Positions 1 to 13,000 of a stretch of DNA of 64,000 bases are shown here, in pieces. A program made the position numbers and the translations under genes. Within the stretch, counting starts at the first letter, position 1; every line of letters starts with the position of its first letter. The DNA is from Macrostomum hystrix (lineage: Eukaryota > Animalia > Platyhelminthes), in contig CATNEN010000007.1 of NCBI GenBank assembly GCA_950097015.1, forward strand, positions 8,432,001-8,496,000, read 5' to 3'. The notes below the pieces were generated by a model, which had not been told where the DNA came from, made no database searches, and saw nothing but the letters and a program-made list of their open reading frames with translations.

Positions 1-206
1 CTTCGATTCTACCGTGTCTCTAGCTACGATTCTAGCTTCTCCTCTTGATAGGATTCCAGCCCTATCTTGCTTCGATTCTACCGTGTCTCTAGCTACGATT
101 CTAGCTTCTCCTCTTGATATGATTCCAGCCCTATCTTGCTTCGATTCTACCGTGTCTCTAGCTACGATTCTAGCTTCTCCTCTTGATAGGATTCCAGCCC
201 TATCTT
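1..206. repeat. Tandem repeat, 70-bp unit, ~3 copies (may continue left of the window)
   Basis: cttcgattctaccgtgtctctagctacgattctagcttctcctcttgataggattccagccctatcttg recurs; explains repetitive ORF 14..316. Confidence 0.95.
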
Positions 207-550
207 GGAATCTTACAATTCAATACAATACAATACAATATAATATTCAGCAGTGCCTGGATGATTCGTACTTCTCAGAATTAAAAGTCATGAAGAGCAG
301 TCACACAATGCACTAAAATCAGCACTTAAAAAGCTTTGAAACTTGTTTCTAACGTATGTTGAATGAAATTGTTTTTAAAATATCGATGTTTTCTAAATGG
401 GAGAAAACATAAATTAAGATTACATTTTTGTATTCATGCTAGTTTGCGCACAAAGACACTGGAAGCTTCTACGAGTAACATACGCGATGAGCATGTCAGC
501 ACCAAATATTAGCGGGAAACCGATTTCGCTACTTGTAAGCATCGAGATGC

Positions 551-1024
551 TCAATGAGTGGAGACGCCTCGGGACCGAGTGTCAGCCGCTGGGCCCTCCT
601 CGTCCGACTGGAACACATCTGAGAGCGCGATGGAGCTCGGCCTGCTGAACGAGACGCTGCCAGGCTGCGAGGCTGCCTCGACCTCTGCCGCCGCCGCTGC
701 TGCCTCCGCTGCTGCTGCCGTCGCTGCTGCTGCTGCTGTTGCTGCAGTTACGACGCTCGACGATGAAGTCCCGGTTGTCAGCAAATTCGTTGTGGCATCG
801 CTGGTGAATTGGACTCCGGAGCCGGATGCAGTCGTGACAGCTGTGCTCTGCAGCCAGCGGCTCACAGGATCCTCAGCCAGCTGGGCCATGGTCGCTGCTG
901 CCATCGCTGTCAACTCGCTGCTGTTGCAGTCGCGGCGGTCAGCGGTTGTTGGAGCTGGCCGAGGACAATAAGAGTTGGAATCTCCTTCGGTCTGACAGCC
1001 GACTGACACTCGAGCTGGAAGCAT
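551..1024 (-). CDS. Hypothetical low-complexity Ala/Thr/Ser-rich protein (157 aa, single exon), divergent from RRM1
   Basis: ATG-initiated GC-rich ORF with a poly-Ala tract like the real exons in this window, in AT-rich flanks; no recognisable domain. Confidence 0.45.
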   Translation of the reverse strand: MLPARVSVGCQTEGDSNSYCPRPAPTTADRRDCNSSELTAMAAATMAQLAEDPVSRWLQSTAVTTASGSGVQFTSDATTNLLTTGTSSSSVVTAATAAAAATAAAAEAAAAAAEVEAASQPGSVSFSRPSSIALSDVFQSDEEGPAADTRSRGVSTH

Positions 1025-2392
1025 TGCTTAGCAGTCTGCAGTGTCTGTCCGAGTGCTGTGGCTGCTTGCTGTCGTTTTTTATCCCGAAAATTTCGCGCCG
1101 GTTTGTTCTTCAGTTCCTTAACTGGATTCCGCAGCCTTCGTAGAAGCGCGTTTTACTCCAATTTCTACTTTCCCTAGCCGACACAGTGTACAGGTTGCGG
1201 GAGGCGCGCAAAGCCTAATCTGCCCTACCACTGCACCCCTGATTTGACTTGCGCGCATTCGCTGGGTCCGCGAACCATTTTATCATTCCTGGCTGAACCC
1301 ATCTATGCATTCATGAATCTTCTTTTTTACCAGATAGCAACTGCGCCTGCCTCAGCATTTTTTGTTAGGGGCGAAGCGCCACTATCAGTTTCAGTTGAAA
1401 TGGCGCGGGCGTGAGTCACAGAAATTCTTCCCCCATCTGATTAAGGGAAGGAGAGAAAATTAATCGGTCTCCCAATTTCACACTGGACGCCCCTGTGCAC
1501 GCCTGCTCGCACGGAACCTATCTATCGCAAGATTATTTAACTGCAATTGATGCGCGATAGTCGATGGACTGATTCTTCCAGGAATACCTAAATTTATTCA
1601 TCCAAAGTTTAAGGACCGCTGTCGAAGTATTCCTACAGTCGCAGCAGCATTCTAGCTTGAACCCGAAAAAAACTTCGTATTGAACCATATCGATCTGAGC
1701 TTCTACATTAAGTTAAATAATTTCGGCTTTTTCTGCTAATCATCATTTTCATTAGAAATTTTTGTTAGTGGATTATCGTTTTATATTAAAAGCGAAAAAT
1801 CGAATTAGCTCGAATGCATCTCAATTTCAGTGCCGAATATAGTTTTTTTGGGTCTATACCTTATATTGTTGGAAACAATCGGCTCTTGTTTGCATACGTG
1901 TGTCCGTGGACTGCAGTGAACGATCAGTACTCTTAGTATACACAGGACATAGCATCTTAGAAAAATTGTCTAAGAACTGCAGAATAGAGTCTATAGGCAT
2001 CAGAGTATTTTGTGCTTTACAATTATTGAAATATTAGCAATCGGCAATAATTCGTTTACTTGTCTTACATAGATACAAAAGTCTTGCTTATAAGATTCAT
2101 GACGAAGGATTTAGTTTTTAATCGCTGGTATGGCACTATATGTTATATCTAGTCTAAATAATACTCTTTAGGTACAAGCTAGTATTTTTGGCGTAAATTA
2201 CTATTACGCATCAAAATATTGTTTTTTCGATTACAGCCGTCGTGGTTTGAACATTCTATCGGCGAGCTAATATTATTATATATATTATAATTCAACGTGC
2301 ACTCACCCACGTGATTGCAGCTGCGCATCTCTTCGTCTTGTGCGTTTAGTACTTAAAAAAGTTATTTTACATAAGAAATAAAAAGAAAATAA

Positions 2393-5300
2393 ATGACAAG
2401 CGAAGGCAGACATCCCAGTGGTGAAAATCTATACGTCATTAAAAGAGGTAAGTTTAAAAGAAGCAACTCAAAAGAAAGTAAGGACAGCTGCACAGCACTG
2501 CCATTAGTGCGTAACCAATGAGATTCGAACCACAGGGGTATGGGGTTGCTTATATTGGATACAAGCAATTCATTAATTATCTTTCCTTTTTAAACAATAC
2601 ATGTATGCTCTTTTGTCGGAATGCTCTTTGATTGGTAAGAGTATTGTTACGCTATACTATGTTTACGCTACCTACCTAGTATATAGTACTGTAAGGCATA
2701 TTCGGCATTAGGTAAAAAACTGTCCACGTATTAAAAATTAGATTTGTAAAAAAAATCTGGCCTTCTGTCTATAGATATAGTTCTTGTCAGTCTTTTAGTG
2801 GTAAATATCAACATGACTAAAAGTTATTTTCATGTGCCCCCATCCTTTGTCAAGATCATGTAGTGTTTTCCCAAAAATTGGGTGTGCATTGGTGTTGCCT
2901 GTCAAATTAGGCCAGCATGCTTGGTGTACATTTGCATCACACTGAATTCTTAACATGCACACTTGGTGCTCAAGCACTTATAGTAACAATAACAAGTAAC
3001 CTTATTGAGAATAGAAAATCAACTTAGGCCTACTGTTAATTTTTCAGATAGTTTACTTTAAAGTATGCAAATTTAACATTTTTAGTGTGAACTCTAGCCT
3101 TCTAATTGTTTTTTTCTGGGGTGCATCCAACATGATCTGGACTACTTGCCCTAATCTGTGTAGCCAATTAGAGCTATTGTGTGGCACTCAAGAGACTAAA
3201 TCTATATGACTCTTGCTTGTTCAATAAGTCAACAGGACAATGGGAGACCATCCCTACATTTAATTGCCTAAATGATAATAATAATAATACTTGCAGGAGG
3301 GCTGCAGTCAATGAAACATAATTTGGTGGCACTAGACCAAATGCCAGCAAGGATAAAATTCTGCACATTATGCTAACTCCTGAGCATATTTGCACAGAGA
3401 TTCTATATGTAGGCATACACTCACATAGGTGTGTACATGTGCCTTGACTTTCTCATTGTCAAGCAGTGTACACCCTAGCTGATATAGGTTTTTCAATTTA
3501 ACAGATGAGTGTACTGAAGCAATGTATAGTTATGTCTTGCTAAATAGAAATCAAACCCCTAGGCTTTTAGTCATAAGTAAGAGACTCCAACAACTGGGCT
3601 GAACCTAATTTGCTGAAAATTAAATGTATAGTCTTATAATAACATTCAGTAAAAAAATAGCATTGCATTGAAAAAGCCAAAAGAGTTGCAACAACTTGGT
3701 TGCTAAACATAGTCTAAGGTGCCTGTAACTAGTTGATCAAACTTTTGACTCGTTGCTCTTATATAAACTTCAAGTTTATATTATGTCTATAAGCTTATAT
3801 ACTTAAATTTTGCATGCTTTTTACATTTTTACTTAGAATTTCAACATTTTATACATTTGTACTTTGAATTTTAAATAAATAAGCTGCATGTCTTTAACTA
3901 AATCCTATCCTATAGACTATATATTCAATTTTCATCCATACAGACCAGACTCGTGAGAAAGTCCACTATGACAAGATCACTGCCCGAATTCAAAGCCTTT
4001 GTGCTGGCTTAAATGAGGACTATGTGGAACCCGTAAGTAGCATGATTAAAACTGACAATTTCAATGCATCATCAAGCAAGCCTCAATGGAGGTAAAAGCA
4101 TTGTAATAGCAAAATGAGTTTTTATCATTTTTACAGGCAGCCATCACTCGCAAGGTGATCAGCGGCCTCTACCCTGGCGTGACCACCTCGGAGCTGGACA
4201 ACTTGGCCGCTGAGACGGCAGCCACCATGACTACAAAGCATCCGGACTATGCCATCCTGGCTGCCCGCATCGCCGTGTCCAACCTGCACAAAGACACCAA
4301 GGAGAAGTTCTCGGAGGTGATGAAGGACCTGTTCGAGTACGTGAACCCCAAGACTGGCCTTCACTCGCCCATGGTGACCCGCGAGTTCCTGGATTTCGTG
4401 ACGGCTAACCGAGAGCGCCTGGACTCTGCTATCGATTTCAAGCGCGATCTGGACTACAACTACTTCGGCTTCAAGACCCTAGAGCGCTCCTACCTGTTAA
4501 AGATCAATAAGCGAGTTGCTGAGCGGCCCCAGCACCTGCTGATGCGCGTTGCCTGCGGCATCCACTGCGGCAATGTAGACGCCGCTCTGGAGTCATACGA
4601 GCTGATGTCGCAGCGCTGGTTCACCCATGCCAGCCCGACACTGTTTAACTCGGGCACACCGAAGCCGCAGCTCAGCTCCTGCTTCCTCCTGACCATGAAG
4701 GATGACAGCATCGAGGGCATCTACGACACGCTGAAGCAGTGCGCCCTGATCTCTAAGTCCGCTGGCGGAGTCGGCCTTAACATCCATTGCATCCGCAGCA
4801 CCGGCTCCTACATTGCCGGCACCAATGGCACATCCAATGGCATTGTGCCTCTACTGAGAGTGTTCAACAACACTGCCAGGTGAGTTGCCGTGCTTTTCAC
4901 ACATTGCTCCTACATGTGTAATTACATGGGCTGTACTCTCCAACTACAGGTACGTTGACCAGGGTGGAAACAAGCGGCCTGGCGCATTTGCCATCTACCT
5001 GGAGCCCTGGCACCCGGATGTATTTGAGTTTCTCGACCTGCGCAAGAACACTGGTAAGGACGAGCAGCGAGCCAGGGACCTGTTCTACGCACTGTGGGTG
5101 CCGGACATCTTCATGCAGCGCGTGGAGTCCAACGGCCATTGGACTCTCATGGATCCGCACGAGTGTCCGGGCCTGCCTGAGGCCTGGGGCGCCGACTTCG
5201 ACAAGCTCTACGAATCGTACGAAGCCGCTGGCAAGGGTCGGCGCACTGTGCGCGCCCAGGAGCTGTGGTACGCCATCATCGAGGCCCAGATCGAGACCGG

Positions 5301-7757
5301 CACGCCCTACATGCTCTATAAGGACGCCTGCAACGCTAAAAGCAACCAGCAGCACTTGGGCACCATTAAGTGCTCAAATCTGTGCACAGAAATTGTTGAG
5401 TACAGCAGCCCGGACGAAGTGGCCGTTTGCAACCTGGCCAGCATAGCGCTGAACCGGTGAGAGTTTTGTGTCACGCGACACCTTGTGAATGAGAAGACGC
5501 ACAGGATTTTAGCTTTAATGATCCCGTCCATCGTGCCCAACCCGGCCAGGTTCGTGAAGGAGCCGGGCCAGTTCGACTTTGCCATGCTGCGCCGTGTCAC
5601 TCACGTTGTAGTACGAAACCTCAACCGAATCATCGACATCAATTTTTACCCCGTGCCTGAGGCCAAGCGCTCCAATATGCGCCACCGGCCCATCGGCATC
5701 GGCGTGCAGGGCCTGGCCGACGCCTTCCAGCTGATGCGCTACGCTTGGGAGTCTCCGGAGGCCGCCCAGCTCAACAAGGATATCTTCGGCACCATCTATT
5801 ACTCAGCTCTGGAGGCCAGCTGCTGGGAGGCCAAGGAGTGCGGGCCGCACGAGACTCATCCGGGCAGTCCGGCTAGCCGGGGCATCCTGCAGCCGGACAT
5901 GTGGTCCGTGGCCACGCCCGACCGGCCTGACATTGGCCTGAATTGGACCAGCCTGCGGGCGGACATTGCTAAGTACGGCCTGCGCAACAGCCTGCTGCTG
6001 GCACCCATGCCCACCGCCTCAACAGCTCAGATCCTGGGCAACAATGAGAGCATCGAGGCTTACACCAGCAATGTCTACAGCCGACGGGTGCTGTCTGGCG
6101 AATTCCAGGTGGTCAATCCGCACCTGCTTCGGGACCTCACCCGGCTGGGACTGTGGTCTGACGATCTCAAGACTGCCATTGTGGCTAATCAGGTGCGGGA
6201 TTCGAGCTTAGGTTCTTTTCTTTGTTCTTGCTTCGTGTTAAAATTAGGGAAATGTTGTAAAAAGATTTGTAGATTCCAAGTTAGCAAGGTGATTAATTAC
6301 TTAGATTAGGGCCTAGTCTTATACGGAGTCAAAGTCTTATGACTTATACTATTTCTTAGCTCGGGCTTATTCAAATCTTGTTTATTAAAGAGGAAACACT
6401 AATTAGTTTGACCTCGTAGTGAGTGGCTTACTTACTTAATTGCAGGGGGGCCTGGGGCACTTGACGCACAAGCGCAGGAACGGCATGCCCCCAGGCCGGC
6501 GAACTAGGCGGGAGTCGCCCATCGCGCCATCTAGACCCCTGAACACAGGCACCTCATACACAGCCGCAAGCCAAGCGGGGAAGGGGGCGGCAGCCGGAGT
6601 GCCTCTCACCCCCAGGCCCGCACACGCACAGAGCTGACCAAACCAGGGGAGGACTTATATGCCTGAAGGGTAGGGACGAGAGGACCAAGCCACGCGCGCA
6701 GACGGCTGGTGAAACCTCGCCGCTCAGAGCACGCAAGGCTGGTGCACACCCGCCCCACCCCCCATACAACGCCTCACACCCGGCCCAACGCACAAACACA
6801 AACACAAACAAGCAGGCACACAGAAGGCAGGAGCGAAGCTATTATTTCAAGCTTTGATTGCACGAAATATGGTGCACCTCCGCCGGTCGCTACTGTCCAA
6901 ACCCCCCCAACAAGTCCCGAAATTAATCGTGACTTGAAGGGTGAATCGAACTAGCGTCCTTTGGAGTGCGAGGCAGCGACGTTAGCCGCTGACCCACTCG
7001 CCCCCTGTAGTGAGTGGCAGAGCGGTCAAATGTGTTTGATTCTCGAACCAAGGGCCGCAGTGAGGCCACATTTATTTGGGGCGCAGCCGCTGAGAGAACT
7101 TTTAGCGTCTTGTGCAATTTACGCCCTTGAGAACCAACCTCCAAGGCACAGTGAAAGCGTACACTGCCTAACGATGAGAATTCCAGGGAAGTGTGTTTGA
7201 GTGTGTTGTGGCAGGGGCCCACAGCCCTCCTGCAAATTTATTTCTATTTTTTTGTAAGGCCTCGTTGGAACTGAATTAGGTAATTTCACACTGCAGCCTT
7301 CCTATCTTCTTCCCGCCTCCAGGGCTCAGTGCAGAGCATCGAAGGCATCCCGCAGGAGGTGAAGGATCTGTACAAGACCGTGTGGGAGATTCCCCAGAAG
7401 CGCATCATGGAGATGGCGGCCGATCGCGGCGCCTATATCGACCAGAGCCAGAGCCTGAACCTGCACATTGCCCAGCCCAACTTCGCTAAGATCACCAGCA
7501 TGCACTTCTTCGCCTGGCGCAGCGGCCTGAAGACCGGCATGTACTACCTGCGCACCAGGCCTGCAGCCCAGCCCATCCAGTTCACTGTTGACAAGGCCCG
7601 GGTTCGCGTCAAAGGCAAGGAGAACGACACCGCGGCCGACCCGACTGGCGAGGCCAAGCAGGCCGAGGCCGCCATGCAGGAGCTGCGCCTGCAGAACCAA
7701 CGCGACATGCTCTGCTCGCTGGAGAACAAGGACGCCTGCCTCAGCTGCCAGGGCTGA
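2393..7757 (+). CDS. RRM1: Ribonucleoside-diphosphate reductase large subunit (class Ia R1), ~823 aa
   Basis: Exons 2393-2447, 3944-4032, 4137-4879, 4950-5456, 5550-6192, 7323-7757, all GT-AG and phase-consistent (2472 nt). ATP-cone start YVIKRD...DKITARI; QLSSCF; SNLCTEI (thiyl Cys); AVCNLAS; APMPTAST; KTGMYYLR; C-terminal CLSC shuttle cysteines. Confidence 0.97.
3270..3480 (-). mobile_element. 3' part of tRNA-derived SINE (family A) in RRM1 intron 1
   Basis: Reverse complement shares acactgc..gacaatgagaaagtca and the cagccctcctgcaagtattattatt tail with copies at 48968-49330 and 7008-7245. Confidence 0.6.
6425..6840 (-). mobile_element. Possible 3'-end fragment of a non-LTR retroelement in RRM1 intron 5
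   Basis: GC-rich island in an AT-rich intron; on the minus strand it ends in ...ccccctgcaattaagtaagtaag (short-repeat tail). Confidence 0.3.
7008..7245 (+). mobile_element. tRNA-derived SINE (family A) copy, internally deleted
   Basis: A-box-like tggcagagcggtc; body gaggccacatttatttggggcgcagccgc...ccaacctccaaggcacagtgaaagcgtacactgcc shared with other copies. Confidence 0.75.
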
Positions 7758-9231
7758 TGCTGGCCCACCGGCTCTGTTTGCAAATTTACTTCTGGCCTGA
7801 CTACTCACAGTAAGCACTGGCAGCTACTCAACCCCCACATTGCGCACCTGTGCTGCTGCGTATTAAATTAATTTAGACTGTAGTCTGAAATTTTCAAACT
7901 GCTAGCCCAATTATTTCATCACCAACCCTTTCTGATCTAGTTCTCAAGCATCTGGCACCGTGCAATTAGTAGGCAATCATATGTTTAATTAATTAAGTAT
8001 TTTATTGCACTGTTGTGTGTTTATTAAAGCATTTTTATTTCTCAATTTTATACCGTCTTCTTTTATTAGGCACCTGCAAAATCTTTTTTTGTACTCCATT
8101 TTTCTACCGCAGCTACTGTCAGTAGCACTGATTGAATTGTTCGCACTTTTCATATCTATATTTTGTCTCCGATTGTACCAAATATAACAGTTTCTGTTTA
8201 ATTCAATTCGGCCCAGCCCCAAAATTAGAAAACTAATTTTCGACGCTATTTTTATTAAATATGCCTGCTTGCTAGCTGTTTTCCGTCTTTTATTTACACA
8301 CGCGGATGTGTCGGTATTGGCAATGCTAACTAACAGAGCAATGTTAGTTGGCCTTGTCAGCAGGGTCTTCAATGAGAATCGCTGGATATCTCGAAAATGT
8401 TGAAGTCAAACGACTTTAAAAGTCAGTTTATCGTAAAGGGTGGAAATTTTGAATCAGTATTGCAGAAAATCGGTCATTAGCATACCTGTTGTAGATGATA
8501 CCTAATTGCTTCAAGAAATTCTGAGTCATACTTGTTGATTCATTTAAGACTACTCTAAACTAAAAATAGCCGCATGCTTTTTGGCCTTTACAACATCGGA
8601 ATATTTAATGAGACCGTCTGATAACGGAAAATCAACGTATATCGCAGGACTTATCGCTCGCCCTGGGGGTGGTGGGGTGAATTTTCCTTTCTCGCCTTTC
8701 CTCTGTTGCACTTCTGTGTACGCCAAGCTGTCTCAGCTCCTTGCACAGCTATGTACATGCATTGAAAGTGTACATGAAACCCGCCTCAGACCATTCCAAG
8801 GTGAAGAAGGAGAGAGAGACAGTCGAATGGTCGGCAAAACAGAAATGACTTCCACAGACCCCTCAGCCCTTGCTGCGTTAGCCGGCTGTGTATAAATATA
8901 GCTCAGGAAACCGAATGCCTGCTTATGCAGTAGTTGTCTAGGACTTGCTGCATTCTGCGTCTGTCTTCTGCTCCTTGGAAAGCTGCGAGGCCGTCTGGTG
9001 TGCGGCTTGGTTTCATAGAGAACTCTCCGAATAACCGCAGGGTGAGTGCACGGGTCATGTGACAAATTGTACTGGCCTTGGATGAACTGACAGACTTTGG
9101 TGTGAATTCGGAGATTTATTCTTGCACACAGTGCCCAGAGCATCTGTCCACCCAGCTCAAGATCTAGGAAATGTTCCTCAGAAAAATTTGCATTTTTGAT
9201 ATTTGGACTATACATTTTTATTTAAATTCTC

Positions 9232-9942
9232 CTAGAATCGGAGTTTCCTAAAATCGGAGTTTCCTAAAATCGGAGTTTGCTAAAATCAGGGTTTTTTAGA
9301 ATCAGAGTTTTTATAGAATTTGAGTTTCCTAGTATCGTAGTTTACTAGAATCTGAGCTTCCTATTATAGTATCGGGGTTTCTTAGAATCGGAGTTTCCTA
9401 AAATCAAAGTTTCTTACAATCGGACTTTCCTAAAATCGAAGTTTCTCAGAATCGGAGTTTCCTAGAGTCCTAGTTTCACAGAATCGGAGTTTCCTAGTAT
9501 CGGAGTTTCCTAGTATCGGAGTTTCCTAGAGTCTGAGTTTCCTAGAATCGGAGTTTTCTAGAATCTGAGTTTCCTAGAATCGAAGTTTCCTAGAGTCGGA
9601 GTTTTCTAGAATCGGAGTTTCCTAGAATCTGAGTTTCCTAGAATCTGAGTTTCCTAGAATCTGAGTTTCCTAGAATCGAAGTTTCCTAGAGTCGGAGTTT
9701 TCTAGAATCGGAGTTTCTTAGAGTCCGAGTTTCCTAGTATCGTAGTTTCCTAGAATCGTAGTTTTCTAGAATCGGAGTATCCTATTATATAGTATCGGAG
9801 TTTGCTAGAATCTGAGTTTCCTATTATGTAGTATCGGAGTTTGCCGGAATCTGAATTTCCAAGAATCCGAGTTTCTCAGAATCGGAGTTTCTTAGAATCG
9901 GAGTCTCCAAGAATCGGAGTTCCCTAGAATCGGAGTTTCCAA
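9232..9942. repeat. Minisatellite, ~16-bp unit (tagaatcggagtttcc)
   Basis: Visible tandem array upstream of GRAMD4. Confidence 0.95.
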
Positions 9943-10075
9943 CTATTGGAGCTTCCTCGAAAAACGTGTTTATTTGTCCCTAGGACGGCAAGACTGAGTT
10001 AATTTACATTCGGGGGCCACATCATGCCTTGATCGACTGGCGAAATCGAAAAATTTCAGATTCTGCCCGAGCCGA

Positions 10076-13000
10076 ATGGCTTCAACACCGCAGTCGGGCC
10101 CGACCACCCTGGCTGGCCGGCTGAAGAACCGCCTGCGCCGCTCAGTTCAGCACGAGGCCGGACAGACGGCGGCACCATCGCTGCAGCCGGACACCGGCAC
10201 GATGGAATCTGAAATTGATGATAAGCAGCACTTGGAGTTTGTGCTGGTGAGATTAGAGTTCAAATTAAGTCGGTTACAAGAATCGAGCTCACAATAATCG
10301 AGTTGACAAGAATTTAGTTTGCAATAATCGAGTTTGCAGGAAGTGTATGTACGATCATCTGAGTTTCCTAGAATCTGAGTTTCCTAGAATCTGAGTTTCC
10401 TAGAATCTGAGTTTCCTAGAATCTGAGTTTCCTAGAATCTGAGTTTCCTGGAATCTGAGTTTCCAAAAATAAAGACTTTACAATAATCAAGTCTACGGGA
10501 AGTGTGTGCACGATAATCTTAGTTTCTGAGAATATTTGTTTCCAAGAATCTGAGTTTCATGGAATCTGAGTTTACAAGAATCTAAGTTTACAAGAATCTA
10601 AGTTTACAAGAATCTAAGTTTACAAGAATCGAGTTTACAAGAATTTGAGTTTCCAAGAATCTGATTTTACAAGAATCGAGTTTACAATAATCGAGTTTCC
10701 AAGAATCTGATTTTACAAGAATCGAGTTTACAAGAATCGAGTTTCCAAGAATCTGAGTTTACAAGAATCGAGTTTTCTAGAATCAAAATTGTTAGAATCT
10801 GTGTTTCCTACAATTGACTTGACTAGTATCGAGTTTCGTGAAATAGAGTTTACGAGTTTTCTCTGTTCTGTTTGTTGCCATCCAATTTTGGGTTTGTTTT
10901 TCCTTAAACAACGACTCCACAGGCCACGGAGGAGCCGCAGCCGCAGCCAGACCTTGACGACTGTGCCGAGCTGTCCGAGCTGTTGATTGCCGCCGCCGCG
11001 GTGGACGAGGCTGACGATGAACAGCCGATGTTGCCGCCGCAGCAGCCGCAGCCGCCGCCGTCTCCGGCAGAGCAGCAGCTGCGGGCCCAGCTGCTGTCAC
11101 TGGCCATCGAGAACGAGACGCTGCGGGCGCGGGCCAGCCAGGAGGAGAGCGAGCTCGTCAGCCGGCTGCGCCGACAGCTCTCGGAGGAGCGAACTGCCCG
11201 CCTGCGCGCTGAGACGGTCGCCGCAGATGCCGCCGCGGCCGCAGCCGGAGCTGCCGGCAAACCATCCTCTGGCGGTGGACCTATGTGAGGAACCTTCTCT
11301 CCTCCCTTCCTCTCACCCTTCCTGGCAACCCTTGCTGGCAACCCTTCCTCTCACTCTTCCTCTACACTCCTTTTTTAAACTCTCAATCCTTCGCCCCTTA
11401 CTGTCAGTAGGTTGTGGCGGGTGCCGATTCCTTTGTAAATTGAATTTAGCAACAAAAAACTAGCCCGCGGGGTTCGTCTATTACGAACGGCTCGCTAAAG
11501 TGCAGCTGCTTGTCATCGTCGCTTCAATGCACATAGTGAGCTGGCTTTCTCAAGTGACCCTTTATTCTGCTCCCCGTCTTCTCACCCAACTCCGTCTCCC
11601 GTTCTTGCGTCTCACTTTCGCTTTCGGCCCCACCAGCCTCCGCTCCATCTCTCATCTGCTCTGGCAGCGAAGTCGCTTTGCCCCTGTTTGCTAATGGCCT
11701 TGCCTTGTAAGCCTAAGTGTGAGCCTCTTTGTGTCAAACACCGAAAAGGGACTGTTTGCAATACCTGTCAAGCTGCCTAAACGAGTGTTGCCGTGACGAC
11801 TGAGTGGCATGTTAACGACGCGACAGCTCCGAAACACGGGGCATCATTTGCTCAAACAGACTGCTTAAAATTCGCTTTTCGCGTCCAAGATTGTAGGAAC
11901 CCATTTGGAATCCTATGTGCTGTTTGAAATGTGTGAGATTTGCTGTTTGAAATGTGTGAGATGTGCTGTTTGAAATGTGTGAGATGTGCTGTTTGAAATG
12001 TGTGAGATGTGCTGTTTGAAATGTGTGAGATGTGCTGTTTGAAATGTGTGAGATTTGCTGTTTGAAATGTGTGAGATGTGCTGTTTGAAATGTGTGAGAT
12101 GTGCTGTTTGAAATGTGTGAGATGTGCTGTTTGAAATGTGTGATATGCGTCCCCGCTCTCTATCCTGCAGATCCCGAGCTGTTGCCAGCCTGCGCAGGCG
12201 CCGTCAAGCTCGAGCAGCCGCAGCAGCAGCAGCCGACGCAGCTGCCGCTGAAGGAATGGCTGCTATGCCAGAGGGAGTCCCTGGGGCGTCGGCAGCCGAG
12301 GACGCCGACCTGGAGTCTCTGGACAGCGACAGCGACGCTGAGCCGGATGACGCCCCAGTTGGGCGCCGACCGAAGAGCTTCTGCAGCCGCCTCCGAGTCT
12401 GGGCAGCGAGCCAGCTGCTCGACCTGATGGAGGACATGCAGCAGCCGACGGAGGCCGACGGGGCGGCGGCCGCTGCGGCTGCGGCTGCGGATGAGCCACA
12501 GTTGTCGGCGCGGCGGCTGAAAGCGAACGCGACTAGGTTCGGGCGCAATGTCCGTCCGCTGACTCGCAGTCTCCGCGGTCTTCAGGGCGTCCTGCGGTGG
12601 CGCTCGCCCTCCTACACCGCACTGGTGATCGCGGTGAGGCCAGCAGCATCCGTTCATTGAATGCCCGAGTGCCCGAATTGACATTCCCAATTACCCTTCA
12701 CAATCTCCCCTTTACAATCTCTTCCCGATCTAACTTTCCTAGGTCTCTTCCTAAAATCCCCTTTTAATCTATTCCCAATCTCCTCTTCCCAATCTCCTCT
12801 TCCCAATCTCCTCTTCCCAATCTCCTCTTCCCAATCTCCTCTTCCCAATCTCCTTCTCCCGATCTCCTCTTCCCAATCTCCTTCTCCCGATCTCCTCTTC
12901 CCAGTCTTCTCTTGCCAATCACCTCTTCCCAGTCTTCTCTTCCCAACCTCCTCTTCCCAATCTTCTCTTCCCAGTCTTCTCTTCCCAATCACCTCTTCCC

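Noticed and set aside
4155-7757. Viral or fragmented (pseudogene) ribonucleotide reductase
   Set aside because: The ORF breaks coincide with canonical introns that restore a complete ~823-aa eukaryotic RRM1.
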